64,000 nucleotides of DNA from Candidatus Parcubacteria bacterium. Its GTDB lineage: Bacteria; Patescibacteriota; Minisyncoccia; Phycocordibacterales; CAIJYI01. The notes under the pieces are model-generated. The model did not search any database. It saw only the letters and a list, made by a program, of their open reading frames with translations, and was not told the DNA's origin. Of the stretch, positions 34,839-44,700 are shown in pieces. Positions within the stretch are counted from its first letter, which is position 1; every line of letters begins with the position of its first letter. The translations under genes and the position numbers were made by a program. The stretch lies in NCBI GenBank assembly GCA_026395595.1, contig JAPLYL010000001.1, forward strand, positions 6,174 through 70,173, read 5' to 3'.

Positions 34839-35885
34839 TTATGCGCCGTCAGAAACTTCTCCCCCCTCTCGAAGAATGAACAGACGGTAAATATGAAGGA
34901 GGGAAAGAAAAGCGCTCAAAATAATCGGACCGAATAAAAATCCCATAGGGCCGAAATAAGCGATACCGCCGAGAACCGAGAAAAAAACAAACAACGGATG
35001 AACCTGAATCCCTTTCGTATAGAGATAGGGAGCAAGAAAATTATCTATGGTTCCGACCAAAAGCGCCGACCAAAGAAGGAGACCCAAAGCGGCTCCGGTA
35101 TTGCCGGACAAAAATAAAAAGACAATGGAGGGAATCGTAATAAGAGCGGTACCCATCCCCGGAACAAGAGCGCAGAGTGCAGCAACAAGACCCCAGAGAG
35201 AAGCATTCGGAACTTGAAAAATATGAAGACCTGTTCCGACAAGAATTCCTTGAATGAGCGCGATGGCAAGCGCTCCGCGAAGCACCGAGTGTATGGTTTT
35301 CTTCACGGAATTCAGTATCTCGTAATCATAGCGGTCATCAAGAGGTGAAAGCTTTATCAAACCGTCAGCAAAGTCTTCTCCGTTTTTCAAAAAATAATAC
35401 AGGGTAACGATAGTTAAAAGCATCTCAAAAAGGACAAAGGCTGTTCCCGAAACAATCTGACCCAAATTAGACAAAAGAAATCCGGCAAAATTAGAGAAAT
35501 ACGGACGGATATTAAAAACAAAACCGGGAACAAAATGCCGTATCGGAGCTTCAATGGCATAATTGATGGTTTCCAAAAAAGTTCCGCCGTTTGATTGAAT
35601 GCTTGAATAAAGGTTGCTTGCCTCTTCTGAAACCTGTACCCCTAAAAAATAAAGCGGAGTAGCAATAAATATCAACGTCGTCAAAAGAACGAATATGGCA
35701 GAGATGGTTTTATAACCGCGAAAAAACTTCAGAATCTTTTTATAAAACGGTTGAAGAAGAACGGCAAATACCGCCGACAGAAAAATTACCAGAAAAAACG
35801 GGCGAAACACTAAAAATGAAAACAAAGAAACAATGCCGAAAAGCAAAAAGAAAAAAGTTATTTGAAGCGTTTTGCTGTCTATCAT
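34839..35885 (-). CDS. AI-2E family transporter (UPF0118/PerM-like membrane protein).
   Basis: 348 aa with about 8 TM helices, and topology and N-terminus typical of PF01594. Confidence 0.65.
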   Translation of the reverse strand: MIDSKTLQITFFFLLFGIVSLFSFLVFRPFFLVIFLSAVFAVLLQPFYKKILKFFRGYKTISAIFVLLTTLIFIATPLYFLGVQVSEEASNLYSSIQSNGGTFLETINYAIEAPIRHFVPGFVFNIRPYFSNFAGFLLSNLGQIVSGTAFVLFEMLLTIVTLYYFLKNGEDFADGLIKLSPLDDRYDYEILNSVKKTIHSVLRGALAIALIQGILVGTGLHIFQVPNASLWGLVAALCALVPGMGTALITIPSIVFLFLSGNTGAALGLLLWSALLVGTIDNFLAPYLYTKGIQVHPLFVFFSVLGGIAYFGPMGFLFGPIILSAFLSLLHIYRLFILREGGEVSDGA

Positions 35886-36242
35886 AAAAATTTTAATTAT
35901 TGATTTATAGGGTTCTTGTGCTTTTATAATATCATACCTGAAAAACTTTACGAAATAAAAACAGTGCGTAAAAAAATTTGACAGGCTTCAATGAATATAG
36001 TAACTTTATCCTTTGATATAATTTCTTTTTTAATATGGAGTTATAGAGATGTTTGCATCAATCAATCGGCATTACAACCAGATAAAAGAACCTTGGCGAT
36101 TTGTTTTGGTAATGACACTGTTTTCCCCTCTCTTTCTGTTTACTTTTCTCCCATTTTGGGGGGCAAATATTCTCTCTCGTGTGGATTGTTTTCATTTTGG
36201 TTGCCCGCCTTCATTTTCCTTATAAAAAATAAGAGTAAAAGG

Positions 36243-36269
36243 AAACCTCCGTAATTCGGAGGTTTTTGT
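36243..36269 (+). terminator. Rho-independent terminator (AAACCTCCG taat TCGGAGGTTT + TTTGTTT).
   Basis: A perfect 9-bp stem followed by a T-tract. It ends a short hydrophobic ORF/sRNA region (36046-36240). Confidence 0.6.
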
Positions 36270-36282
36270 TTCAAAATGAAAC

Positions 36283-36311
36283 TTGACAAATATATAAAAG
36301 TTTGCTAGAAT
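36283..36311 (+). promoter_or_regulatory. Sigma-70 promoter (TTGACA, 17-nt spacer, TAGAAT).
   Basis: Near-consensus hexamers about 50 nt upstream of the ATG at 36364. Confidence 0.6.
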
Positions 36312-36363
36312 ATATTTTAGTATTGCAATCTACACTCACAACCTCTAAAAAAGGAACCGCAAG

Positions 36364-36720
36364 ATGACAACACCAAATCAAGTAAATCGTCAGAAAAAAA
36401 TCGTCATTTTTACCTGTCCCGATACCAAAATTCAACCGGCTGTAAGCGCCCTTTGCAGTCATTACGGGAAAACGGCGAATGTTCTGGTGGTACGAAGAGC
36501 TCGCGGAGAAATTAACTCCAAAACAGCTTTTCAATACTATAAAAAACAAATCCACGAACTTTCTTTAAACGGATATACGGGATTTGTTCTGATAGGAAAA
36601 GAAGAAGTGGAAAACTTATTTCACGAAACCGAGTATTTGAAAGAAACTTTTCCTCATCTTGCCTTTGACGCATGGAGAGTCCACTCCGCCTGCGCCAAAG
36701 AAGTGAGTAAAATATCATAA
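36364..36720 (+). CDS. Hypothetical protein (118 aa).
   Basis: The ORF has its own promoter and terminator. No family recognised. Confidence 0.55.
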   Translation: MTTPNQVNRQKKIVIFTCPDTKIQPAVSALCSHYGKTANVLVVRRARGEINSKTAFQYYKKQIHELSLNGYTGFVLIGKEEVENLFHETEYLKETFPHLAFDAWRVHSACAKEVSKIS

Positions 36721-36732
36721 CCAAGACACAGC

Positions 36733-36760
36733 GCCCACGACAGGGCGCTGTTTTTATAAT
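36733..36760 (+). terminator. Rho-independent terminator (CAGCGCCC acgac AGGGCGCTG + T5).
   Basis: A 9-bp stem followed by TTTTT. Confidence 0.6.
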
Positions 36761-36777
36761 CAACGCCATAAAAAAAT

Positions 36778-36803
36778 CCCCGTCTTGCAATGGGGATTTA
36801 GTA
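36778..36803 (-). terminator. Rho-independent terminator for pyrD (AAATCCCCATTGCAAGACGGGGATTT + T7 on the minus strand).
   Basis: Hairpin preceded on the plus strand by AAAAAAA (36771-36777). Confidence 0.6.
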
Positions 36804-36805
36804 CA

Positions 36806-37735
36806 CTACAAATAATTAAGTTTTCCTTTGGCTTCTTTTATCGATGAAAAATCGTGATATTCCAACATTGTTCGCAGACCGGCTTCCATATAACCAAAGC
36901 AACTCGTTCCTTCAATTTCAAAAGCGGTTCCGATTTGAACAGCATCAGCCCCGGCCAAAAGAAACTCAAAAGCATCAATACCGTTCATAATTCCGCCGAC
37001 TCCAAAAATGGAAACCGAGCCAATCAAACGTTCGTAAAAAGCTTGAACATTCGCCAGAGCAATCGGTTTAATTGTTGTCCCAGATAATCCGCCAAGGCCT
37101 TTTTTGGGCTTTATAACCGTACTCCGCTTCCATGGATCAATAACTAACGTATTTCCAATGGAATTGATGCAGGAAATAAACGATATGTTGTATTCAAGGA
37201 TAAGTTCCGACATGATATCCCAGTGGACGGGGTCAAAGTAAGGAGGAAGTTTCAAACCAATCGGCTTTCCTCCGTGTTCGCACACGAGAGAAAGAAGATT
37301 TCTCATTTGCCCGAAATCGTATCCGATTTGCGGTTTCCCTTTAATGTTCGGGCAACTGGCATTTATCTCAATAAGATCCGCACCGCTTTTTTGAAACGCA
37401 TGAGCCAAGGTTGCGTATTCGTCCAAAGTAAATCCCGCAACGCTTGCCACGACAGGCTTTCCATATTTTTTGAGTTTTTTTGAAAATTCAATATACTTCT
37501 CATACCCAAGATTCGGCAAACCCATCGATTGTATCAGACTGTTTTTTCCTACGCGGGCCAGACGAGGTTCAGGATTCCCTTCTCTGGGCAATATCGTGCA
37601 AGTTTTCATGACGATAGCAGAAGATTTTGATCTGCCTAATTCTGCCAACTCCTCGTAAGTCGTACACTTTGGACCCGAGGCATTGCAGATATAAGAAGAA
37701 AGCGGAATGCCTGCGATTTCTGTTGAAGTAATCAT
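36806..37735 (-). CDS. pyrD: Dihydroorotate dehydrogenase (class 1-like).
   Basis: N-terminus MITSTEIAGIPLSSYICNASGPKCTT, a TIM-barrel FMN-binding pattern and a C-terminal GG..G..A motif. Confidence 0.75.
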   Translation of the reverse strand: MITSTEIAGIPLSSYICNASGPKCTTYEELAELGRSKSSAIVMKTCTILPREGNPEPRLARVGKNSLIQSMGLPNLGYEKYIEFSKKLKKYGKPVVASVAGFTLDEYATLAHAFQKSGADLIEINASCPNIKGKPQIGYDFGQMRNLLSLVCEHGGKPIGLKLPPYFDPVHWDIMSELILEYNISFISCINSIGNTLVIDPWKRSTVIKPKKGLGGLSGTTIKPIALANVQAFYERLIGSVSIFGVGGIMNGIDAFEFLLAGADAVQIGTAFEIEGTSCFGYMEAGLRTMLEYHDFSSIKEAKGKLNYL

Positions 37736-37750
37736 GTTTATAAACTCTTC

Positions 37751-38335
37751 TTATACAACGAAAGAGGAAAAATCAACGCGAGTCTTGAAACCCTTCCACC
37801 ATTCATTCGGATCTGCTGTCAGTATTTCTTCTCCAATGCGCTTTCCGTGATTCGTTTCCAATCTTGGTAAACCGGAGTCAATCCATTCTTGAGCAGCGGA
37901 ATATCCGATGGACATCAATTCTTTCGCGGTAAGCATCATTTCTAGAACATCGGCATCTCGGGCAATTTTACTGGCTCTCGTCTTTTCATCTTCAAATTCA
38001 TTCCAGACAAAAGCAATGCCATCTCCCACGACACCTAATCCGGCAATTTGATCGCGATGCGCCGATTGGTGTTCCGTTTTATTGTACTCTTTGGAAACCC
38101 GATTCATATCAATCGTGCGCGCTTCCGTAATATCATGGAAAAGCGCGACCGTCGCACAATGGCAAGGGTTTTTATGTCCTTCCAGAATAGCTAAGACAAA
38201 AGCAATTTGAGCCGTGCGAGCCGTATGCTCCGCCACGCTTTGAGGATCTCGTATTCCCAAGTACTGCCAGCCGCTTCGCGGAGTATAATTCAATTTACCG
38301 AGTTCAAACAAAAAATTTACGACTTTTTTCAACAT
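37751..38335 (-). CDS. HD-domain phosphohydrolase (YfbR-like 5'-deoxynucleotidase family).
   Basis: H...HD motif (AEHTARTA...LFHDITEARTID). Start at ATG 38335 (MLKKVVNFLFELGKLNY). Confidence 0.7.
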   Translation of the reverse strand: MLKKVVNFLFELGKLNYTPRSGWQYLGIRDPQSVAEHTARTAQIAFVLAILEGHKNPCHCATVALFHDITEARTIDMNRVSKEYNKTEHQSAHRDQIAGLGVVGDGIAFVWNEFEDEKTRASKIARDADVLEMMLTAKELMSIGYSAAQEWIDSGLPRLETNHGKRIGEEILTADPNEWWKGFKTRVDFSSFVV

Positions 38336-38511
38336 TTTTACTACCTCTTTTCTATTTTTCAAAACAACAAACCCTGTACCAAGATACAGTAAAACATGGC
38401 TCTTGTCAAAATGTCCGTTATGGTTCAATAGCTTGCAAACACAACAATATATGTTACCATTTGCAATGGAAATATCGACATTCCGTCGGTATATTTTTGA
38501 GGAGAAACAAG

Positions 38512-38769
38512 ATGTCATCTGAAAATAATCTTAATATCGGCCAAGAAATGGGGGAAGTAATTAACTCATATACGGGAGCAGATTTCAAAGAACTTTGTTC
38601 AGTAGTATACGCCGAATTCAAAAATTTGTGTCCAAAAGATGAAGACGAGAAATATAAATGGTCGTGGTTTGTTATCGGAATGATCATTGGTTCTTGTGAA
38701 GAAAAGGGGATTAAATTGAGAGACGATGACTTCAATACGGCTTGCGAAGTATTTGAAACACACGTTTAA
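38512..38769 (+). CDS. Hypothetical small protein (85 aa).
   Basis: Strong GAGGAG ribosome-binding site 6 nt upstream of the ATG, and a terminator follows. Confidence 0.55.
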   Translation: MSSENNLNIGQEMGEVINSYTGADFKELCSVVYAEFKNLCPKDEDEKYKWSWFVIGMIIGSCEEKGIKLRDDDFNTACEVFETHV

Positions 38770-38782
38770 TCGTCCATTCAAA

Positions 38783-38812
38783 AACGCGACCTTTGCGGTC
38801 GCGTTTTTTTAC
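38783..38812. terminator. Bidirectional terminator (AAAAACGCGACC tttg CGGTCGCGTTTTTTT).
   Basis: A perfect hairpin flanked by A- and T-runs. Confidence 0.65.
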
Positions 38813-39561
38813 TTTTGAAAAACTTCCAAGCAAAGGAAGAGGGGGAATTCTTTTCTGGTTCTGTCCTCTTCTTCTTTTCTTGGGCCTTTGCCGCTTTCTT
38901 TGTGAGATATCCACTCTTCAAGACGGGAAACCGCCAAGCCATTGTTGGCGAGCACTTTGAAATACACTTGAAGCGGGCGATGAAATGAAACGGTTGTGTC
39001 TTTGTTCCCTTTCTCTCCCGGATGCATGTCTATTTCATGTTTGGATTCGGTCATGTAGGAATCAATGCGACGATATTGTTTTTTTGAAATTTCATCAAAT
39101 TCCCAAGCAGAAGCTCCGGGAATTCTAAAAGACGAATGATTTAAAACTAAAAACATTTTTCCTTTTGGAGAGAGAACTCTTTTCACTTCGCAAAAAACGG
39201 CAGAAACGTTTTGTATGTTTTGTATCGCGAGAGTAATGATAACCATATCAACAGAATGGTCAGGAATAAAGGAGATTTTTTCCGCCGATGCAACAAAAAA
39301 TTTCGCTCCGCGAACGCGATCTTTCGCTATTTTAATAAGGTTTGAAGAAATATCAACGCCGATAACTTCCGCCCCTTCGCGAACAAAAGCCTCAGAGAAA
39401 AATCCCTGCCCGCAGGCGAGATCCAGAATTTTCATACCCTTTTTCGGAGCAATCAACCGAAGCAAATTCGGCAAGATTACTTTTGATTGATAGGTATCCG
39501 AACCGTTCAAAAGTTCATCATACCAATCGCTCACATTATTCCAAGAAGTATCTTTTTTCAT
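38809..39561 (-). CDS. Class I SAM-dependent methyltransferase (type 11-like).
   Basis: Motif I ILDLACGQGFFSEAFVREGAEVIGVDIS. Confidence 0.8.
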   Translation of the reverse strand: MKKDTSWNNVSDWYDELLNGSDTYQSKVILPNLLRLIAPKKGMKILDLACGQGFFSEAFVREGAEVIGVDISSNLIKIAKDRVRGAKFFVASAEKISFIPDHSVDMVIITLAIQNIQNVSAVFCEVKRVLSPKGKMFLVLNHSSFRIPGASAWEFDEISKKQYRRIDSYMTESKHEIDMHPGEKGNKDTTVSFHRPLQVYFKVLANNGLAVSRLEEWISHKESGKGPRKEEEDRTRKEFPLFLCLEVFQK

Positions 39562-39569
39562 AGTAGTTT

Positions 39570-39647
39570 GATTTAGGATTTAGGATTTATGAACTCGCCG
39601 ACGACGTTCGTTTTTATTCTTAAATCATACATCATAAATCTTAAATC
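39570..39647. repeat. AT-rich inverted repeat of GATTTA(G/A) units flanking a 37-nt spacer, immediately 5' of the methyltransferase start codon.
   Basis: GATTTAGGATTTAGGATTTATG (39570-39591) pairs with CATCATAAATCTTAAATC (39629-39647), 14 of 15 matches in the core. Confidence 0.5.
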
Positions 39648-40327
39648 TTTTGTAAATACGCCAGCCAAAAATTTCTTTTATAGCTTTGGTTTTTGAATCT
39701 GGTGTAGCTGGTCTTTTTTTCCAAGTAAAGAATTTGAAAATCTTTGGTATACAAATCTCTAAAATCTTTTTCGGTAAATACTCGTTCCACAAGCCCCATG
39801 TCTGTATTGATATAGGTATCTGCTTCCGGACCGGGGTTTTTCTTAATCAAATTCTTTGCATTTTGATCGCCATCTTTGCAAAGCGTTTTTACGAAAAAAC
39901 ATCCGCCGGGTTTCAGTACCCTCGCCGCTTCGGAAAGATATATTTCCCTTTCTTTTTCATTCAAAGAATTGGAAGACGTCACGTCAAGAATAAGGTCAAT
40001 GGAATTATCAGCGAGAGGATACGCTGCCCCGATATTTTGATGCTGATAGTTTACTGAGATACCTTTGCCTCTTGATCGCGCCAGTTCAAGCGCCGTCGTA
40101 GAAATTTCAAATCCGGTAACCTTATTATCTAAACTCGCGATATAATTGGAATTCCTTCCCGTCCCGCAACCAAGATCCAAAACTGCGAGATTTTCCAAGA
40201 CAACATTTTGTTCTTTTTTTAACCACTTCAAAAACCGCAGAGTATCTTTCTGAGGTTCTTCCCCTTTCGTCACCAATTGAGGATTCCGATATTCACGTTC
40301 CCATGTCATATTCTGCATGATAATCAA
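39641..40327 (-). CDS. Class I SAM-dependent methyltransferase (TehB-like).
   Basis: Motif I VLDLGCGTGRNSNYIASLDNKVTGFEIS. Confidence 0.75.
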   Translation of the reverse strand: MIIMQNMTWEREYRNPQLVTKGEEPQKDTLRFLKWLKKEQNVVLENLAVLDLGCGTGRNSNYIASLDNKVTGFEISTTALELARSRGKGISVNYQHQNIGAAYPLADNSIDLILDVTSSNSLNEKEREIYLSEAARVLKPGGCFFVKTLCKDGDQNAKNLIKKNPGPEADTYINTDMGLVERVFTEKDFRDLYTKDFQILYLEKKTSYTRFKNQSYKRNFWLAYLQKI

Positions 40328-40426
40328 TACTACAACACATAACTGGTTTTGTAAACAACAACCCCGCTTTAGCGGGGTTGTTGTTTGTCGTCCTTTTTCC
40401 TTTTTTCTTATTGCTTTTTCCTCAGT

Positions 40427-41725
40427 CTAATATCCTTGGAGTTTATCCGAGCTGGGATGCTGTCTGATCTTTTCGTGCGCTTTCGCTTCAATTTGTCGGA
40501 TACGTTCGCGGGTGACGCCGAATTCTTTTCCGACTTCTTCGAGCGTGTGGGTGATACCGTCAATCAAACCGTGACGCATTTCCAAAATTTTTCTTTCTTT
40601 CGGCGAGAGGTCTCCGAGAATGGCAATGACTTGATCGGTGAGAATTCTTCGGGAAACTTCCTGATCGGGAGAAAGAATTTTGTCGTCGGCGATAAATTCT
40701 CCGAGAGTTGATTTGTCGTCTTCATCTCCGATCGGCTTTTCCAGAGAAACGGTATCCTGAACGATGTTTTCAATGTTATGGATTTTTTCAACGTCAACGC
40801 CCATCTCCATCGCGATTTCCGAAGCGAGAGGATCGCGTCCGAGGTCTTGAGAAAGCCTGCGGGAAATTTGTTTGTATTTTGCAATCGTTTCCACCATATG
40901 CACGGGAATACGAATAGTACGAGATTGGTCGGCAAGAGCGCGCGTAATGGCCTGTCTGATCCACCACGTTGCGTACGTTGAGAATTTGTATCCTTTTGCC
41001 CATTCAAACTTTTCAACCGCTTTGAAGAGGCCGATATTCCCTTCTTGAATAAGGTCAAGCAAAGTAAGGTCAGGACTTCTTCCGACGTATTTTTTCGCGA
41101 TGGAAACCACAAGGCGAAGGTTCGCTTTTGCAAGAAGATTTTTTGCTTCCGCGTCTCCAGCTTCAATTCTTTTGGCAAGTTCCCTTTCTTCATGAGCAGA
41201 GAGCAACGGATACTGTCCGATTTCTCTCAAGTACATCTGAATGGAATCTTTTGATGCGCCGTTACCGACCGAGTATTTTTTCAAAACTTCGTCGGTGTCC
41301 TCCAAGAGTCCGCCGCCTTCAAGCACGTCAATGCCCACCTGCGCCAATTTGTCATAAAGCTCGTCCAAGAAAAGAATGTCATCTTCCACATGAGGAAACT
41401 CACGGATTATTTCATCGTAGGTAACAAAACCGCGCTCGCGTCCTTTTAAGATAAGCGCCTCAGCTTTTTTCGCGCGAATAACGGCTTCTTCGGCTTTGCT
41501 TCTTTTTGGTTCCGGTGGCATCTCCAAAGTCACCTCTTCTTCTTGTTCAACCTTCTTGTTGAGAACTTTTTTGGCAGGCGTTACTTTCACTTGTTTCTTA
41601 ATGGGAGTTTTGGAAACTTTTTTTGCGGGAACAGAAGCTTTTTTTAAGACAACTTTCTTTTTTACTACCGCCGGCTTTTTTGCCAGTTTTTTGGTCTTTT
41701 GAGGCTGTTTTGATGTTTTTGGCAT
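40427..41725 (-). CDS. rpoD: RNA polymerase sigma factor RpoD (sigma-70) with a Lys-rich N-terminal extension.
   Basis: Regions 2-4 including [40 protein letters not shown]. Confidence 0.95.
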   Translation of the reverse strand: MPKTSKQPQKTKKLAKKPAVVKKKVVLKKASVPAKKVSKTPIKKQVKVTPAKKVLNKKVEQEEEVTLEMPPEPKRSKAEEAVIRAKKAEALILKGRERGFVTYDEIIREFPHVEDDILFLDELYDKLAQVGIDVLEGGGLLEDTDEVLKKYSVGNGASKDSIQMYLREIGQYPLLSAHEERELAKRIEAGDAEAKNLLAKANLRLVVSIAKKYVGRSPDLTLLDLIQEGNIGLFKAVEKFEWAKGYKFSTYATWWIRQAITRALADQSRTIRIPVHMVETIAKYKQISRRLSQDLGRDPLASEIAMEMGVDVEKIHNIENIVQDTVSLEKPIGDEDDKSTLGEFIADDKILSPDQEVSRRILTDQVIAILGDLSPKERKILEMRHGLIDGITHTLEEVGKEFGVTRERIRQIEAKAHEKIRQHPSSDKLQGY

Positions 41726-41806
41726 AGTGTTATGTTAGAAGTATATATATGAGATATATTGCACTAAAATGGGATTTTTTACAATGTTTCCCTGTACGAA
41801 AAAAGA

Positions 41807-43510
41807 TTATTTTGAAGCATTCAACTTATTTAGTTTCTCCGACAATACTTTGCAGGTACCGAGCAGTTCCGCCGCTTTTCCGGAGTCATGTAGTAACTCT
41901 GCCCGACGCAGTTCATTCATGGCTTCCGTCAAAGAGTCTTTTATTACTTCTTTTTCAAAATTAAGGAACAAATCTTCGATTTCATTTCGAATAGATGCGG
42001 TACCGCTATAAAAGGCTTCGGCTTCAAAAATAAGGGCGTTCTTTTCTTGTTCTTCTATTTCTCTCACCAACCCGGCAATCGTTTTATAACGTTCCTGTAA
42101 TTCCTCGGGAGAAAAAGACGGTTCAGGAGAAGCTTGTTGCCAAAGAATTACTCCGCGAATCTTTTTTTCAATAGCCTCCCTTCTTGATGCCGGCATGCGT
42201 TTTTGTATCGGCGCAATCTCTTCTTTTTCGTAAGGGGATGCCTCTTCGTTTTGTTTGAGCATTACTTTTCTGAGCTCTTCATATACCGCATCACGCGAAA
42301 CATCCAAAACAGCAGCAATGACATCAACGAAATGTGCTTGATCAATTTTGCTTTCAATGTTTGCCACAATCGGCAAAACATTTTTCTCAACCGATAAACG
42401 GAATGCTCTTTTGTCCGCCGACTTCTTTTGTAAAACAGAAAGGAAAAATTCAACGATATGTCTGGCGGAAGTTATGGCCTCTTTCCATTTTTCCGGAGAT
42501 TCAAGAATAAGATCAGCAGGATCTTTTTCTCCGGACAATTCTATAGCGTGAACGTCAAAACCCATTTGCAATCCGGGTATGGCGCTTTTCTTGGCCGCAT
42601 TCAACCCCGCATCGTCGCTGTCAAAGGAAAATAAAAGTTTGTCTGCAAAGCGTTTCAACATTTCCAAATGGAAACCGGTCAGCGCCGTTCCTGAAACCGC
42701 CACGGAATTTTTTGTTCCCGACTGATGAGCCATAATCAGATCCATCTGCCCTTCCACAAGGATTGCCGCTCCCGCTTCGCGTATCGCCGTTTTTGCAAGA
42801 GATAATCCGAAAAGTATTTTTGATTTATTGTATAAAGGAGTTTCCGGAGAGTTTACATACTTAGCAGGGTCGTCAGATTGAAACACTCGCCCAGTAAAAC
42901 CGACGACGCGGCCGGAACTGTCGCAGAGTGGAAACATAATGCGTGAGCGGAAACGATCATACATTCCTTTTTCACCACGAATAGACATTCCCGTTTTTTC
43001 CATTTCAATCGGCGTATACCCTCGAGACAAAAGATAATTTTCTAAAACATGCCAATCATTCGGCGCAAAACCAATCTGGAATTCGTCCATGGTCGCGGGT
43101 AAAAGACCGCGCTTTCGGAGATACTGTATCGCTTCGGTGTTCTTACGAAGTTCTTTTCGATAAAAAAGCGTCGCGTCAGAAAGCAACATAAAAAGTCTGT
43201 CACGTTCATTTCGTTCCGCAGGATTTTCACGAGTGAGTACCACTCCCGCACGGTCAGCCAACACACGAAGCGCTCCGGGAAAATCAGTGCCTTCTATTTC
43301 TTCCACAAAACTGAACATATCCCCGCCTTTGTTACAGCCAAAGCAATGATATGATCCGCGGTCGGGCGATACCATAAAGCTCGGCGTTTTTTCATTATGA
43401 AAAGGACACCGCGCGCGGAAGTTTCCGCCGGCGCGATCCAATTTGATATACGATCCGACAACGCTCACAATATCCAGTTTTTCTTTGATTTGTTCTACGG
43501 GGGAAGACAT
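41807..43510 (-). CDS. dnaG: DNA primase.
   Basis: Zinc ribbon CPFHNEKTPSF...CFGC, a TOPRIM region, and conserved dnaG-rpoD gene order. Start at ATG 43510 (MSSPVEQIKEK). Confidence 0.9.
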   Translation of the reverse strand: MSSPVEQIKEKLDIVSVVGSYIKLDRAGGNFRARCPFHNEKTPSFMVSPDRGSYHCFGCNKGGDMFSFVEEIEGTDFPGALRVLADRAGVVLTRENPAERNERDRLFMLLSDATLFYRKELRKNTEAIQYLRKRGLLPATMDEFQIGFAPNDWHVLENYLLSRGYTPIEMEKTGMSIRGEKGMYDRFRSRIMFPLCDSSGRVVGFTGRVFQSDDPAKYVNSPETPLYNKSKILFGLSLAKTAIREAGAAILVEGQMDLIMAHQSGTKNSVAVSGTALTGFHLEMLKRFADKLLFSFDSDDAGLNAAKKSAIPGLQMGFDVHAIELSGEKDPADLILESPEKWKEAITSARHIVEFFLSVLQKKSADKRAFRLSVEKNVLPIVANIESKIDQAHFVDVIAAVLDVSRDAVYEELRKVMLKQNEEASPYEKEEIAPIQKRMPASRREAIEKKIRGVILWQQASPEPSFSPEELQERYKTIAGLVREIEEQEKNALIFEAEAFYSGTASIRNEIEDLFLNFEKEVIKDSLTEAMNELRRAELLHDSGKAAELLGTCKVLSEKLNKLNASK

Positions 43511-43513
43511 GAT

Positions 43514-43550
43514 TTTTAAAATTTCCAATTTTCAATTTCTAATTTCCAAA
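43514..43550 (-). promoter_or_regulatory. Conserved AT-rich leader (TTTGGAAATTAGAAATTGAAAATTGGAAATTTTAAAAATC-ATG), about 35 of 40 nt identical to the pgi leader.
   Basis: Direct comparison with 30013-30053 on the same (minus) strand. Confidence 0.55.
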
Positions 43551-43604
43551 ACTCTTGCTTTTTTTTTATATTCCGGTATAATGGTAGTATCACTATGAAG
43601 AAGC

Positions 43605-44147
43605 TCACATACGGGTTCCGTCCCGTACGGGGGCTTTTTCTTTTCTCCCTTCTTTTGCGTACTGCAAACGTTGTTTAAATTCATTCAAAAAAATAATTTC
43701 TCCGGAAACCGCATTGCGCAACAATGCCGATGCTTTTTTGTAATTTGGACAAATGAGAGTAGAGAAACGTTCCTTCTCTTGCAAAAAAGTAACCAAACAA
43801 GCGAAATCGCCATCACCGGAAACAATAATCGCTTTATCGTACGTTTTTTCATACATATCTGAAACGGTTTGCAGTACCAATTCCGCATCACAGTTCCCTT
43901 TAATTTCACCGTCGCCAAAGGGGATGATCGGTTTAAATACCACAATATATCCCCAATTTTGAAAATCTCGATACAGACGAGTATTTTGAGAAATAAACCC
44001 TATAAATATATAAGCTTTTTTAACTCCGTATTTTTCATCAAGCCAAACTCTCAGTTTTTTGTAATCAAGTTTCCATCCGAGTTCTTTCACTCCTCTATGA
44101 AGGTTTGCTCCGTCAATATAGGCAAAATTGTTTTTATTGTATTTCAT
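43605..44147 (-). CDS. NYN-domain (LabA-like, PIN-like) protein.
   Basis: FAYIDGANL...DAELV...IVSGDGDF motifs are typical of the NYN/LabA family. Confidence 0.7.
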   Translation of the reverse strand: MKYNKNNFAYIDGANLHRGVKELGWKLDYKKLRVWLDEKYGVKKAYIFIGFISQNTRLYRDFQNWGYIVVFKPIIPFGDGEIKGNCDAELVLQTVSDMYEKTYDKAIIVSGDGDFACLVTFLQEKERFSTLICPNYKKASALLRNAVSGEIIFLNEFKQRLQYAKEGRKEKAPVRDGTRM

Positions 44148-44268
44148 AAAAGATAAAAGTGGTATATACTGTAATGGTATCTCTATAGAGAAGCACGGTT
44201 TAAGGTTTTGTCCTTATGCTGTGCTTCTCTTTTGTATCGCCATTATATCACGCCAACAATGGACTTGC

Positions 44269-44700
44269 ATAATGAATAAAAGTATGTTTGAATCTGTCTT
44301 AGAAAGAATTTTTTTGGAGAAAAAAATGTTTATAGTCTATTATGTTATAGTAATGGTAGTAATAATAATCGCATACCTTTTTTGGACAAAAAGAAACCTT
44401 AAAAGAAAATTCCCGCGTTTTTCTAGACTTTCAACAACCGAAAAAATACAAGCCGTTCTTTTGTATCCTTTTATCCTCATTTTATCCTCATGTATATTGA
44501 TATTTTTAATCTTTCTCACGAAGATAACGAATAGCACATTTCCGCAAACAGCGCCCCATTCGGAGCGCTGTTTTTTCTTTCTGTTTATTCAGCGGTTTCT
44601 TCTTCTGTGTCGGTATTTTCAATCACCTCGTCATCTTCCAATCTCGCGCGGAATCCTGTTCCTACTGGAATCAAACGTCCGATCAAGATGTTTTCTTTGA
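44269..44700 (+). CDS. Possible small membrane protein. It overlaps the 3' end of rpoC by ~115 nt, and its reality is doubtful.
   Basis: The ORF from ATG 44269 has two hydrophobic helices, but a terminator hairpin (44549-44580) lies inside it and it is antisense to the rpoC terminus. Confidence 0.25.
   Translation: MMNKSMFESVLERIFLEKKMFIVYYVIVMVVIIIAYLFWTKRNLKRKFPRFSRLSTTEKIQAVLLYPFILILSSCILIFLIFLTKITNSTFPQTAPHSERCFFFLFIQRFLLLCRYFQSPRHLPISRGILFLLESNVRSRCFL
44549..44580. terminator. Terminator downstream of rpoC (CAGCGC cccattcggag GCGCTG + T6 on the plus strand; also readable on the minus strand).
   Basis: Hairpin plus T-run immediately 3' of the rpoC stop. Confidence 0.5.

Noticed and set aside
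36046-36240. Short hydrophobic ORF(s) upstream of the terminator at 36243 (MFASINRHYNQIKEPWRFVLVMTLFSPLFLFTFLPFWG...; alternative track ORF 35991..36254).
   Set aside because: Two competing frames and no clear ribosome-binding site. The region may be a short transcribed unit ending at the terminator, but the coding frame cannot be decided from sequence alone.
40564-41193. 209-aa ORF on the same strand as rpoD in another frame.
   Set aside because: It lies entirely inside the sigma-70 gene. Its low-complexity translation makes it an alternative-frame artefact.
44128-44700. Track ORF starting at 44128 that overlaps both the NYN gene start and the rpoC 3' end.
   Set aside because: The long form overlaps two confident genes. 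Only a shorter form from ATG 44269 is retained, at low confidence, and even that contains the rpoC terminator hairpin.
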